This document shows positions 46,560 to 60,509 of a DNA stretch of 64,000 nt, in pieces. Below the pieces are notes generated by a model. That model ran no database searches, was not told the DNA's origin, and saw only the letters and a program-made list of their open reading frames with translations. Position 1 is the first letter of the stretch. Each line of letters begins with the position of its first letter. Source of the stretch: Phoronis australis (lineage: Eukaryota; Animalia; Phoronida); NCBI GenBank assembly GCA_002633005.1, contig NMRA01000222.1:186001-250000 (forward strand), read 5' to 3'. Made by a program: the position numbers and the translations under genes.

Positions 46560-47320
46560 GTACTCTGGTAATAGTTACAGGTTTAGCTCTAAAACACACC
46601 TAGGTTAGTAATTAAAATGATCAGGTTATCGGACTTCATAACTTGTTAGCCATATAGGAAAGTGAATTTCGTATGCATGTAAATACAGACCGACCAAGAA
46701 CATTCGAAACTTTTTGATACTCGGTGACGGATTCAATTGGTTAATTAGTCGCAGACAAGAAGCATGATAAGATTTTCAAAAAATAGGTTTACGCTTAAAA
46801 TCATTGAAAAGTAAGCATAAGCTTCATGCTATTTCTGGAAGATGGGAGAGGAATGCAAACCCACTATGCTGTCGATCACTAAGAGCGAGCTCGACATTTC
46901 TGGAAATGTTCAACTCATTACGCACGACACTTTAGCGCTCGTTTTCGTTCCCAGATACTTATATCATATAGGATACTTCTCAATGCATTTCAACCCTTCG
47001 CCTCTTTTCTCACATGCACTCAGGAGATTAGTGCTTTAACTTTTTTCATACTGGCATTGATTAACACTACACCACCAGTCGCGTCGGCCATGTTCTCTGC
47101 GCCTTGCAATTGGAAGCCTTTGTACAGAGTTGATACTAAAATCACAACAACAACAACAACAACATCAATATCACCAACAACAACAAAAACAACAACATCA
47201 TCATCAACAACAACAACAACAGGAACAACAACAAATTTTGATTTCCTTATGGTTTGGCCAAAGCTACAGTATTCAAGAAGTTAACCCTTCCCAAAATAAC
47301 CCCCAAAATGCCATAAAATC
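46560..47320 (+). repeat. Dispersed repeat, block X copy 2
   Basis: Direct diverged match to 16054-16720. Confidence 0.6.
47143..47234. repeat. (ACA)n microsatellite
   Basis: Imperfect ACA/TCA run that produces spurious poly-Q and poly-T ORFs. Confidence 0.9.
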
Positions 47321-50300
47321 GACTATTTTAGTTTAATATAAGCGCTCTTTGTATAGGACTTTTTGGTTCCATAAGTTTCTCGGAACGGCTGTCTACGGTC
47401 ATTCCGATCAATCGTATACGGCAGCTGAAAAATCGGAGCATGTATACATTAAAATTTTGTAAATTACTCAAGAGGGGCCATCTTCCATGCTCTCAAAGGT
47501 TCACTGGGCTTCAGGCTGCATAGACGTTCGCGTTCCTTCGGGATTCATGTAAAATGCCTTACTGTGAAATACGGATTTGACAAAAACTCGCAACTACTGT
47601 TATCATGTTAAAAAATAACTCTCAGAAATCCCGAAAGGTGTAGTGTGAGTGTTCTTATGTTGGGTTGCCGTGCACGCGGCAGCCCCATACTTAAAGTCCT
47701 TGTTGCAAACTGCCCATGTGGTTCCAATATCCGAAAATACTTACTACATAAATTCTTATTTTCGACACCCTTTCTTTATATTCTTTTCGCCTTTCTTGCC
47801 AAAAGCGATTTTTTAACAGTATTTGACCCTTCTCTCTGAGCGTATGATTACCGGTTGTCATCGGTTATTTCCGTACCCACATTTCCGGCTCATCAGTTCA
47901 GGAACTTGTCCTGAACGCCGCCATTTTTTCCTTGTAACTGAATGTGCTATGGCTTGCTCGAAAAGTCTTCATTATTTTGTTTTATTAGTAATATATCGTG
48001 ATTCGTTTGCATATGTAGTGTATTTATAGTTTGTAGTTAGTGGTCGTTGATTTTTTTGGAATGTTACGCGTACTTAGTATGTTAAAATAGCATTGGTGTT
48101 TAGTTCCTTACGTAGGCCGGTCGAACCTAGGAACCAATATGGGTCGAACCAATTTTTTTCGGTTTTATTTTTTTCCTCGTTTTGAAAAAGTACTTTGCTA
48201 TCATCGGAAAGGTAGTACATTCTACTCAGTAAAAATCGAAAAAGTATCAAAATCGGGGCAAGCACTGTAAAGTTATTGCAAGTTTTGTGGCGAAATTTGG
48301 GTCACTTTGTTTGGATCGCGTCGGCCATATTGGAGGACAGCGGGATGAGTTACGAGTTTAAAACTTTGTGTAAATTGTTTTCGCCAACAAATTACGGTAA
48401 AATTTAGTTAGACATATCTTTACTTACTATTCTGCACGATTTAGCAGTGTTCACCAAATTTCAGCCTCGCAGTTGTTACTCATTAAGTGATAAATGTGCT
48501 CACAATTCCCGTTGGACTTCGATCGTCTCATTTCTGGCGGCACCTACAATGTCGACTTTTGCTGAACTGAAAGGCATGTTCAATCGGCTACTTTGTAATT
48601 TGTGAAGATTTAACGTTGATACATTTTGACAAACGTTGCTACAAAAAAGAAACTTTGTTCAATTTTCGTGTTTTTTGTGTTTGTGGCCAGCAGTGTGACA
48701 CAGGACTAACCAGCCCGTAATTTCATGCAAGTGTCTGAAACTACCTTTGAATATATGCAGCATTTATCATTTGACCATTTTACTTCCACAAAACAGCTTG
48801 CAACCGCATGCATTTACCGTTCGCCAGTGTCTGGTCTCGATCCGCACTGGGTCCGATAGGCTGCGGTCCCGAGTCTGGCAAAATAATTTCTGTCAAAATT
48901 TATTCGCCGCATTTCTTCAGCAAATTCCATAAAATTGTCCGTAGTTTGATTTTATCAAAATTAAGGCGCGCTGTCGATTTTTTATCCCCTTTTGCTGGCT
49001 GGTAACAGTACAGGCACTGCCCCAGTCGCACTGACGGCGTTTTCTCGGCCTGGGTTCCTGAATGAATTGTACTTCCAGGTTCGCGGCAAGTTCAAAATGG
49101 CGGTGTTTCTTCGGGCGCGAATCGTGAGTGGCGCGTTCATTTAAACTGTTTTCGAGTACGGATCGTGAATTAGTTATGGGGTAGGTACTTCTTGGATCCT
49201 TATAACATCTTCTAACCATGTAATAAGGGTTAACAACGCGTGAGAGAAGGACTTTAATATTACTGAATACGAATGTATTTAGCAAAACAATTGTCCGTTG
49301 GTATGGAACTGGTTTGTATGAATCTACGAAAATCGACTGAAACTTTTAATTCATGTGTGAATTTTGGCCACTTAGAAGTTGTAAGAAATGAAGGTGTGAA
49401 TTGTCACACAGGTTAAAATTTTGCAAAGCAAACATCATTGGACTCCTAAATGGCAAATAGCACTAGACGATTTTGCCCGAGACTTTTTGGCTGTTTTTTA
49501 CGGTTAGTGCGAGACGTCACATAAATCAAGGGTTGTGGGACGTCGAACATTCATAGCAGCCCCGCAAACAGACGTGTACCCACTTTACCTGTTTTAGCAG
49601 CAATTCAACCAATCAGAAGTTCAGTTTATCACAGATACGAGGAAACAGGGAGCATCTATGCAATTCCAACCCAGCTTACTGAGCAGACGAACGCCTACGC
49701 GACACTTTCGGAGACACTTCTTTGGGGGCTGGATGCTCTGGGATGCTCACGCATCAGTTTTTACTATCCGTAAAAAGATAAATGCAGATGTACATTTTCT
49801 GCGCTTTTTGATATCGAGTTCACAAATAGTGTTATTCCAATATTTCCATGAATAAAAAATTCCTGGTACTTGTTACGCATAAAATCTCTTGCCACGGAAC
49901 CTGAACTAAACCACTCCCAGACACACCTGTAGCAGACAAATGCACCACTCTGTTTTATCTGTTGGGTTTTCGGTCACTTGTGATAACTCTTGTCTGTGGT
50001 GAAAGTGTCTGAGTGAGATTGGAGTTGAGGCTCTGTGGTAAGAGTGTATGGTAAGGGTGGTTTCCACCCCCTGAAGTTGCTTTGCCATTAGTTATGATGA
50101 TATGTCCATACAGTGAAAAATGTGCAATCTATTGCAACGTTTTCCTGATCTTTCTAATAAAAGGTTCAAGTATTTCTTTAAGCGTCTCTTTTTGCTTCTC
50201 TTTGATTAAATACGTCATAAGATTATCTTTAATGCTCGTTCAAGATAATATCGCATTTTCAAAAACAACAAAATTTGACGTGGAAGTTCAAAGTATGACT

Positions 50301-50323
50301 TGGTAATTCTAGCTGTCCACAAC

Positions 50324-50460
50324 NNNNNNNNNNNNNNNNNNNNNNNNNNNNNNNNNNNNNNNNNNNNNNNNNNNNNNNNNNNNNNNNNNNNNNNNNNNNN
50401 NNNNNNNNNNNNNNNNNNNNNNNNNNNNNNNNNNNNNNNNNNNNNNNNNNNNNNNNNNNN
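50324..50460. other. Assembly gap (137 N)
   Basis: Run of N. Confidence 1.
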
Positions 50461-50900
50461 CAAGATTGAAGCGCACCGAATAATACGGTTCTCTTACCCT
50501 TTCGCGTCAGCATGCTGTTCCGCCCCTGACAGCGAAGCGCTCACTAGATGGTGTCCTGATATCGGAGTTGCCGACGGAGGTTGATGAAGATGTATTGAAG
50601 ATTGATCTTTCGAACAACACCACAAGTCGACTGTCTACATTTTTACGCTGTCCTCTCTTACAGTGTAGGTTTCAATAATAATCAGGGGCTTTGGACCGAA
50701 CTAATTGATATTATTCGGTACGCTTCGAAATTGGCGCTTCCAGACCGAAAGGAACTGTAAGAAATCCTAATTTTACTCTAAACTTTATTATTCGATCCAC
50801 TCTTGTTTAGGATTTGTGTGAAACCAGCTTTTGTTTGCTCATTAATGGAAAATCTGGCGTTGATGGTCGTGGCCATAAGTCGGTACTTCGCTGTGTTAAC

Positions 50901-51062
50901 CAGTGCTGTAGTGGGGCGTAGGCGCACGTAGGCGCAGCCAACCACCTTTTGGCATTTGAACGTACATGTAGCGCCTACGCACAGTAAGTTACGTTCATTG
51001 TTCAAGGTGATACGGTGGGCTTTGAGCGCTTACTTACCTCTTACTTTACCAGTATAGCACTG
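50901..51062 (+). mobile_element. hAT-type MITE with 8-bp TSD
   Basis: GTGTTAAC|CAGTGCTGTAGTGG ... CCAGTATAGCACTG|GTGTTAAT; inverted copy at 62426-62561. Confidence 0.85.
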
Positions 51063-51411
51063 GTGTTAATACGGTAGCTGCACGTATCAAATGGAACTAA
51101 AGCCTAGTTGCTTTGCAAAATTCACCCAAAACTGATTCTGTGCCTTTGCCGATGAAACATTGGTACATACTCTCATCAATTAACGCACTCAACTTCGTCA
51201 AGCCGGGTGAGGGGTCTTAATCTGCACTATAGGTAATTTAAATCAACCAAGCTTGACGATTAAACAGACTTAAGGAATTCGCAAATTTTCGCAAAATGGT
51301 TTAGAGTTAATGAGTGTTACTCGGTTTCAAAGATTTAAGTGAACAAGACCTTAACTTCTGTTCTTAAGGCTAAACCTGGGTCAAGTTTCCTTATGACAGA
51401 TGCTGACTTAA

Positions 51412-51857
51412 AGTGGCATAGAACATGAAAAACAGACTAAATTACATTATTCAAAGTGGTTCTCTGCCGCTGACACAGAAGCCAAAGTGTCCAACAGGTA
51501 CTTTTACGGTTTGTTCGTAAAGGCTTTGAATTTCTGGTGATGTAAAAGCATTTTCCTTCAGATTCAAATTTCAAAAAACGATCTGTTCGTCACTCTGTCG
51601 ATTTTTCTCCAACACGGTAAAGCATGTCTCCTTGTTTTGTATGCCAAGACAGATTTGGAACATTTCCTATAATTATATACGGCAGATGTTACGTTAGACC
51701 TTTGTTGTAAACGAAGCAATGGCGATTTCAAGCCGTAACCAGTCCGACTTCTTTGAGCGCAAACAATAAATAATTCTCAAGTAAGCCATTCCAAGAAGTA
51801 GACTTTCCACGATTTGTTTAAAAGGTATTTTTACGAGTTTCCGCCCTCTATGCTTCT
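51412..51857. mobile_element. Kolobok-type non-autonomous element, copy 2
   Basis: Starts TTAA|AGTGGCATAGAAC; aligns to 1064-1610 at both ends (AAACAGACTAAATT, GTTCTCTGCC, TATTTTT.ACGAG); right flank is TTAG. Confidence 0.6.
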
Positions 51858-54106
51858 TTAGAGTATGGCAAATAAAGCACGTAATTTGCATTTGATTCGA
51901 CTAATTTTACGAAATCTTAGAGAATTTCTACAGTATTCTGAAAATTTGCATCTGATTGTATTCACTGAGACAGGACCCATGTCGCCAGACTCATGAACGT
52001 TGTGGATTGCCATGAATAAAAACTTAAACATGATGAATCATGAGCATTTGGCTGAAATCAAAACAAAACTATCCCAAACACTACATCACAAATGCTTAAA
52101 GCAAGCCGCCGCAGACTCAATCAAAGCAATATTTTAAGCACATAACAATTGGGCGGGCGTTCTTTGTATAGTATTTGGCGGGCCTTTCAGTAAGAACATA
52201 CTCCACAGAGAAGAAATGTGTTCTTTACAAACGCCGTGAAACGCTTCAGACAGGTCTGATACTGTGACTGTGATTAGTGTTGTGACTTATCGTTAGACGG
52301 CGCTAACGTCGGCTTTACTGCGACTTGTCATTTCAAGCCGACGAATGAATCTAGTGTCTGTCAGCAAAACAAATCTCTTTGATCCCTAGTCTGTCACAGT
52401 CGTAACTGGTTGTCTTGTTGCGTGCTCAGTCTTCCCGATTTTAGACACAGGTTTTCGTTTTGCAAGGGCGGGTTCATGTTTCCAGGTACGTGATTACTGT
52501 TCAAGATCCGGTGACTTTTATTGGTTAAAGTTGCCCTACGGAGTTTGGCGAATAAGAGGTTAAAATTGAAGTTAAATCAACGTTTGTGTGTTAGACATCA
52601 ACACAAACCATGATCTTTTATTCAGAAACCAGAATTCACAGTAATAGCATGAAATTTTAATCGGTGTCCCCTGAGAAATCATGCCTACATGTAGTTTCAC
52701 TTCTTAACAGTTGAAACAAATTGTAAAAAAACAGCAACGTTATCGCTGGGCTGATCTATCCTTCTTATATTGCTGAGTCTGGTGATTACACGAAACAAGG
52801 AGGGCTGTTTTCATGAAGATTAAAGAGTGAACACTATTTTTTTAGAAACATTGGCAGCTGCAAGCCGGAAATCGAAACTGTTAGCTCTATAGTAGCGGCC
52901 GCACGTGCTGCCGCTAAGCCACATCATGCGCACAGTATTAAATGATGAAGAGGCACGCGGTCTGGCAGACATCGCAATAAAATGACAATAAACAATGTAT
53001 TTTGATGTTTTACACCTCTTGTGAAAGCTAAAAACTTTCAGAAACCTATCCTACCCAGAAATAACCCACAAAATATGATACCAGCCGTATAACCGACAAT
53101 CCCCATTTAAAGGTCTTTAAGATCATCACGGTTAGGTAACAAAAGATGCAACATCAATAGCTGGTGAGATTTCGAATCACCAACCATAATATGCCAAATA
53201 AAAAGCACCTACATGTACGAGTATAAGTAACCACCTAAATGTTCAGAAACGTACACCAAAAATATCACAATTCACTGAGAAGTATTTGTTGTGACACTTA
53301 AAACTGTTCGGTACTTTGTTTATACTTACTTATGCTACAGGAGAACTGAAAATATTTTGCGAGGAACAATTTTTCTAATACGTAACGTGAAAGATTCTCA
53401 TAAATAACGCTACTTTATACAGTATCAGCTACACAAAACAACCATACACCCATAACAGTGCGTCTGGACGCAAAGTAATGTATTGCGCATGAACTGTTCT
53501 GTATTACTGGTTGAAGCCTTCATTCTTATCCCGAAATTCACAAAGGAAAAAATAAAGAGAAATGATGTTCAGTCGACCGTATTCCAAAGTTTAGTACAGC
53601 CATGCACCGATTGTTACTTCTCGCAAGTGACAAGGTTTTATCTGAGATGTAAACTTTCATCTATTGAAAAGATGTACTTCATCTGAAATCTGATACACGC
53701 TCGGTGACCTGTCGCGAGCGTGTGCTTTCAAGTTCAATTGTACTCTTTGCGGAACTTGAACTTGAATGCGAACTTTAGTAGAGATATGAGAATGAATACA
53801 TATTAATTTTCTAAAAAAAATTAGAACATTTATAGGTTTCCTGATTATATCTATATGACTAAGAAAGATATCATCATATTCAATTTCGAGGGTAACACAG
53901 AAATATTGGTAGACTGAACTTCATAATTTCCATTACTCTCATATCTTTCAATCTCGGTGTCATCGATGGCCGTGCTGTCTCGCTTCACATCGCCCTTATT
54001 GAAAACGATCATGACGCCACACTCCAATACGGGTTCCGTTTCATGACGTTACAATAACTTCACAAACCCATATGAGTAACAACCATTAGTCTTTGAACAA
54101 TTTTAA

Positions 54107-55403
54107 AGGCGAAGGCAACCTATTTTCATGCCATTTTTAGCAAAAATAGGGTTCATTGGTTATCCCAGACATATTTTTCACTTATTTACAGCTTTTCGTA
54201 ATTTAATTAATTATTCGTCGTCTACTCCGGAAGAGACGTTTTGGGAGGCAAGAATTTCGCGCCAATTTCTTTTCATACAGTCTGACTGAGAGCAGTCGAG
54301 TCAGTCATTGTTCTACCTCGGTTGTGATAATTTCGGTCGTCGTTTGCTTTTTTTTACGAGTCAGTCAACATGCCACGCTGTTGCTGCCTACCGAGATGTG
54401 CTCATTATCGTCTCACGTACAGAGGAAGAACTGTCCCACTTGCCCGAGTGTCCCCCGACACACTCCCAGTGGATGGTGACTTGTGCACCCAAACTGCTTA
54501 CATCCCGTCGTGCGACTCCCTCGTCACACACGTGGCACCTTCTAAATAGCTCCAATAAGTCCACAATAAACTTATCAAACATAGGCTCACCGATCTGTTG
54601 GCATTGGATGACGAACTGTCTTTTTCACTGGGTGTCAAACTGGGCCTGTATTCACTCCCACTACTCAACATCGCAGCAGGGCTGCTTACAGGCTTTGGGC
54701 TAGAGACAACAGCACACGGGGAATCACTGCTAGTTCCTGGAATTGCACGCTATGGGTTACGTTCGGAGGCATAGGTGACAGTAGATGAAGTGCCTCCAGT
54801 TACTGTTTATAGTGGCCACAGCTGGCGAGGCTTCTCGCTTCAAAACGCACTTCTCGGGGGAAGCGACGGGCCTTTGCCGGGAAAAAACATCGACGGTATG
54901 GAACCCTTCTTCAGGCGTTGTTTCGCAGGGACCTTCATCAATTCAGCGTACATATCTCTGTCGTAATCTGACTGCTGAAAATGCTTGCCACTGCTTTGTA
55001 CATTGCGTGAACGGGTAGCGCTGCGTTCTTCACACGAAAGAGCTAGCCAAGTACGGCGAAGTGTGTTATCCTTCGGAAAGCGATGCAAGGAACCCAGAGC
55101 GCGTGTGAAACGATAATGAGTACATCATGGTACGCAGCATGTTGACTGACTTGTAAACAAAAGCAAACGACGACCGAATTTAACACATCCGAGGTAGAAC
55201 AATGATTGACTTGACAGCTCTCACAATCTGACTGTATGAAAGAAATTGGCACGAAATTCTTGCCTCCCAAAACGTCACTTCCGGAGTAGAGGACGAGAAA
55301 TTAATTGAATTACGAAAAGCTGTAATTAAGTGAAAAATATGTCTGGGATAATCAACATACCTTATTTTTGCTAACAGTGACATGAAAAAGGTTGCCTTCG
55401 CCT
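54107..55403. mobile_element. Kolobok-type element with ~310-bp inverted arms
   Basis: TTAA|AGGCGAAGGCAACCT ... AGGTTGCCTTCGCCT|TTAA; arms ~54107-54420 and ~55100-55403; internal THAP and Cys/His-motif remnant. Confidence 0.85.
54420..55140 (-). pseudogene. Truncated THAP-containing transposase ORF
   Basis: CVP*CTHY...LHRFPKD...RRTWL...KHF..SDY...RLKKGSIPSMF (THAP), then KFIV.LLELFRRCHVC...G...IHWECVGGHSGKWDS; no DDE core remains. Confidence 0.8.
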
Positions 55404-57068
55404 TTAAATGCGTGTTGTCACATGGGCGGCGCACCATAGGAGGCTGGAGGGCTATAGCCCCCGCTTTTTTCAGTGCTATGTCGTATGCGAGATTGTGCAA
55501 CTCATTTGGTCTAGGTAACAGGGTTACTTTACGCAAGTGTGTACGGTGTGATGGATACGTAAGTAACGATCAGGTGGATGGTTTTCTCAACGCCAGGTTC
55601 CTAAGGAAAGGGGTCAAATTGGAGGGATTTCAAAGCTTTGCCGGAACTGACTGTTCTTAGATTGATACCAGGCTCTCTTAGTTGACTTGTTTCAGCGTGG
55701 CATACATGTAACCGTCAGTCTTTTGCAAACCCAGAAATCAACTTTTCATCTGGGCGCAGAACTCTTAGACATGGAATGCCAACTTCGATCTCGCGCAACT
55801 TAAGTTGCGCCGCGAACGCGTGGGATTTGTTTGCGTTTGTTTGCGGTGCTGGTTCTTGCATTGGGATATAGCGATTAGGGTGAAAAGTTTGCTTATTACA
55901 AACGCAGTAAGTTTAGAGCTGTTGTCACCGAATTATTTCCGAACAAAATTCATCTGTATTTTGGGAACATTTTGGCTCGAACTTTGTTAAACTGAGGATC
56001 ATATGCTTGCGATTTCGCGATTTGGGAAGCCGGCCGTGGGCAGTTGCCTAGCTGTGTAACATAAAGCCATCCAGACATATTACAATAATTTCGAAAGTTT
56101 ACAATTTCCTTGAAATATATCCACATGATCAAACACCACGAGAGGTCTAATACTACAAAATCATTTACCTAAGGCAATTAAAAACAAATATGTATTTGAA
56201 TACTGGGGCAATGGGAAAAGCGTCAATGTTTACTGCCAGTTTTTCAACGGTTTTCCGAATTGCATGAGAATCTTACCATTAGAAAGCTCTTGATTGTGTA
56301 TGATTATAACAGAAATAACACTTAAATAATTTACTTCGTAAATGCATGTGTCTGTGTTACCGTAGACATGAGACACTGGAACACATTCTCACGATTGTTA
56401 TGTTACTAAAGAAAGTGGACTTTGGAAACTGACAATATTCGTAACAAAGAGACAAATGTTATTTTGAGCACTTGTTACATATTTTTAACGGTCAACTTTC
56501 GAGAATGAAAGGACGGGACATCTGAATTGAAGAGTGAGATTTCCGGAAAAAAACTAGGCGACGCGGGTCGATGCCAAAACGCAAGGGTGAAATGTTCACC
56601 GCAACACACAAAAACGTCCCGACAGCGTTTTTTAAAGAGAGACGTGACATTAAAGGCGCGCGGCGACGTTTTTAGTCAAACGATAAATTACGGGTGCCAC
56701 AAAAACATGAAATGAAACGTACCGTTTTTTCCTTTTGTTCGAACGGGAAGATAGTCGCATGGAACAAATCACACAATAGTACAGTGTATGACGATAAGTG
56801 AATTTCGCCGTGTGGCTGAAAAAGCGGGACATTTTGATGGTGGGGCGAGATGTTGAGGAAAAATATAAAAATGTGGGACAGTCCGCCAAGAGCGGAACAA
56901 TTGGCAAGTTCAATATATGCTGCCTGTTACGCTTAGTATTAGATTGGATTCTTTTGTAAGGTGAGCTTTCCGTTTTGTTCTGTTTATTTCATGAGTATAG
57001 GTAAAATTTACATACTGCTCAGGGCAACAGGTAAACACTGCACAAATGAATTATTATAGAAAAGTATA

Positions 57069-57257
57069 TGAAAGTGAGTACTTTATTGTGTTTTGGTACA
57101 ATTGTTGATTTTAACTGAATTACTCATATCAGGTAGATGTTATGTGAGACATCTGACATCATTGTAATAAAGATATAATCAAGTAATAATAGAATATAAA
57201 TTGTATTCAATTAACAATTAAAAGAAATAAGTCTAGATTTCGATAACTTAAAATTTA
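57069..57257 (+). repeat. Diverged duplicate of the SNAG-exon donor and intron start
   Basis: TGAAAGTGAGTACTTTATTGTGTT is identical at 57069 and 63837, and similarity continues to the window end. Confidence 0.65.
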
Positions 57258-58003
57258 GTACAATACCGGTTCTACTAATTAACTGGTAAAATACATCAGT
57301 TTTCCCAAAAATGCAGTTGCCTGGCGAGTCATTCGAACACATAACAATTTTTCAAAACGAAAACTTAAAAATATTTTTGTCGCCCCCAATGTGTTTATGA
57401 TGCGTCTCATTATTTAAAGAACGATGACATCAGCAGCCTGAAGGGATTTAATTAATCACAGCAGCATGGTGGCTGCAAACCGGAACAAATCCGGGTACGC
57501 AAACCGGTCGAGTTGCCCAATTTCACCTGGTTATATTATCAATGTAGGGTTCTTTCCACGGGTTGTGCAGTAGTCGAATCCTCCCGAAAATCCACAGGTG
57601 CTGGCGCCTTGCCACCACATACTTTTGTATTATGTTTCAATGAAATCTGTCCATCAACTCTTCATATATCACCTGGAAACGCTCAAAAATAAGGAAAAGC
57701 TGAAGCTACTTGTAGAGACCAAAATGTCTACTAGGGGGTGCTGTAGTCATCAATACGACCGAAAATCGACTGGTGCCCTCATATTGCCATCACACACCTG
57801 TGTTGAAATCCGTCCATCATCCATCTATATATCACACGGAAACATTCATGGATACAGGGAACTGGGGAGATTAAAAAAACGCGCATGCACCACCTTAGCC
57901 ATGCCCTTCACCATTGTGTCAAATTTCATTAAAATCCGGCCGACAAGTTTTTTTTTCTGAAAAATTGACACCCACATAAATATGTAGGCGCTATAAGATA
58001 ATG

Positions 58004-58162
58004 TATAAACCTTATTCACGCAGTCGCCATTTTAGTAGTGGGCCTCTTTTCAGGTAAAAATAACGCATTCGAGAGATAAATGTGATTAAGCGCAGAATGC
58101 ATTGTTTTCAAAACATAAAAAGAGGTTCACTTTAAAATGGTGACTGCGTGAATAATGCGTAT
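58004..58162. mobile_element. MITE with ~25-bp TIRs, TA-flanked
   Basis: TTATTCACGCAGTCGCCATTTTA ... TAAAATGGTGACTGCGTGAATAA. Confidence 0.8.
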
Positions 58163-58644
58163 TGCATTTCCTGGGCTCGGGTAAATCTCACACACCCCGT
58201 TGTCTGCACCCAAGTTTATTTTCTGAGCAGCGAAGCATGTCTAATTGCGGTATTCGTGGTCACAATATTTAGCCTTAGTTAATATACCTAGAACTAGGTG
58301 TTGCAACAACGAAGTATACGCTTCACTTGAGTACCGTGTTGAAACATGATAATCAAAACAACTAGCCAAGTAAAACCACCAACCAAGAGTATCTAGAGGA
58401 CTATTTGTAGCTGCGGTTTGTTTTGAGCACAATCACACATTTCAGTACTCAATGAATAAAGAGAATCTGAAGGGCAGATTTAACCCCTTTAGTCGAATAC
58501 AACTGATAACACTATAGCATTAGAATATGATTAACTTGAAGGAGCTTGATATTACTGCAAGAAGTAATATTACCGTAATAATGATAGTAAAACGCTGCCA
58601 CATGTATCATTTTGACTAATTTCACACACTCGGACCCTACTCAA

Positions 58645-59057
58645 GCCCATTTGGCAGTTTGTACCCATTTGATACTTGTTATTGAATTTGCCGTTTTGGT
58701 CGACCCCCTTGGTACATGTAGGCAAACGGCCAATACCCATTTGGTATTATGTACCCATTTGGTTCTATGCTAACCTGTGCCACTTATTATCCGATACTCA
58801 ATTACACATTGGGTATCGTAAATGTGTGTGTGTTATCTCTTCTTTTTCTTCTCATATTCAACAAACGATCGTGATATCGATCCTTACCTGTTGGCGCATG
58901 TATGAAATTGAGGTGTACATAACTGTGAAAAATAACGATTGTAATTAAGGAACCCATTCCTTCTGTGAAATATTTATTTGTAGAGCTGTGACCCTGAAAT
59001 TCCTAATACAACTTAAAAATATTTATTATTCCTGTTGTCTTATTTGCTCTCAATAAC
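58645..59057 (-). repeat. Dispersed repeat with TACCAAATGG iterations, copy 2
   Basis: Reverse complement of 44305-44650, with a different ~130-bp internal segment. Confidence 0.8.
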
Positions 59058-59600
59058 TATCTGATGACCAACTTAAGGCCTTTCTGCAAACCCAGTATCT
59101 CCCCCGTCTATACTGACCAAAACAACTATTTTAGCGGTTACCGCGTAAACACATATTTCCTTAGGAAAAATACAAAATTGACAAACTTCGGAACATCACG
59201 TGACTTATAGGATTCGTATGAAACTTCCAAATACTTTGCTTTTGATACAACGTCAAAAATAAATTCTACAAGTATTCTAATCCCTTTTGCTTTTAAGTAG
59301 TTAATTTTAAGTTTTGCAAATATTTGAATGAATGCAAAGACTTGCTCTGCCAATAAGGTACTACAAATTGCCTTAAAAGTCAAGTCCTTCCACTCAACAT
59401 AGCGTTCAAAAGCGATTATTCTACCATACAACCCAACTTTCAAATCTCGAGATCGATTTACCTCTATAATATCCTTTTAATACGATCACAGTACTATTCA
59501 TACAATCAACGAATTTCTTAACGAATGTATCTAAAATGTCTGCTACAATGAGATGAAAACCTCCTTATTTTAGTTGGCGTACGCTCATGGGAAATGTCAC

Positions 59601-59764
59601 CGTATTCACGTAGGTTTTTTAAAAACAATACAGTCTGCGCTTAATCACAGTACAAAGCGTGATTTTTTTCGCTTGCCTCATTACAATTAAGTCTCAAAAA
59701 ATTGTTTTTTAACCTTAAAAAGAGGACCACTATTAAAATGGCGACTGCGTGAATAAGGCGTATA
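59601..59764. mobile_element. Inverted second copy of the 58004 MITE, left TIR partly deleted
   Basis: TCTGCGCTTAATCACA core and TAAAATGGCGACTGCGTGAATAAGGCGTATA terminus. Confidence 0.75.
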
Positions 59765-60509
59765 ATGCTATTCTGTTGCAGTATTATTCGAGACCCCAAG
59801 ATGTTTTCCATGTCACTGTACGTTATGATTAAAGAAACATAAAATAAACAATCTTTGCGTTTTATTTCCGCCGAGGGGGCTATGTTTTTGCCACCACACG
59901 TTTTGCTTGTTTGTGCATTTCATGGGGTTTCAGGAGAGGTCATGGTCTTGGGGCTATCAGTTTAGACAATTCGATGCTTCGCGACTTCTGTTAAAGAAAA
60001 ACGTATTCTTTGGTTTGGAGAAGGTTTACGATGTTCTCCGAGTATTTAATCACTCTGGCTGTAAAACAATCGCTCGCTATCTTATGATGTAAGACAGAAT
60101 TTGAATTACCACGTAAAAAGTTTACGATCGTAAAACATATCTAGTAGTATTATACGAACACAATGATAATTTTCGTGAAAGCGTAGTTAAAGTCAAAAAA
60201 CATAATTGGCTCTAGTATGTTTTTTGAAAATCGAGTCGGTGGCGGGAAATTTTTTAGTTGCTCGCTTTTTCAAAAAAGAAAATCTACCTGAGACCAGAAA
60301 AACGATGCCGGGCTTCTCAGTCTTTAATTATTGCCTGTTAAATAATGGCGCCTCGAACCGTGCTTACCCTTGCTTGCGTGCTCAAGTTTTGTGCAGCTTT
60401 TCAAAAAAAAAAGACACGAGACCTTGACTGAAATTGATGCACGTCGATTTTCGTGTTTTTTTCTAGTCCGTGAGCACATGTCTCAAAATGAGTCGGGGTC
60501 ACAGACCAG

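Noticed and set aside
47057-47336. Poly-T and poly-Q ORFs
   Set aside because: Products of the (ACA)n microsatellite
47880-47920. Hammerhead-like CTGATGAG..GAAA on minus after a small hairpin
   Set aside because: No stem II and no UH cleavage site in the right position
50215-50584. ORFs spanning N runs
   Set aside because: Artefacts of the assembly gap
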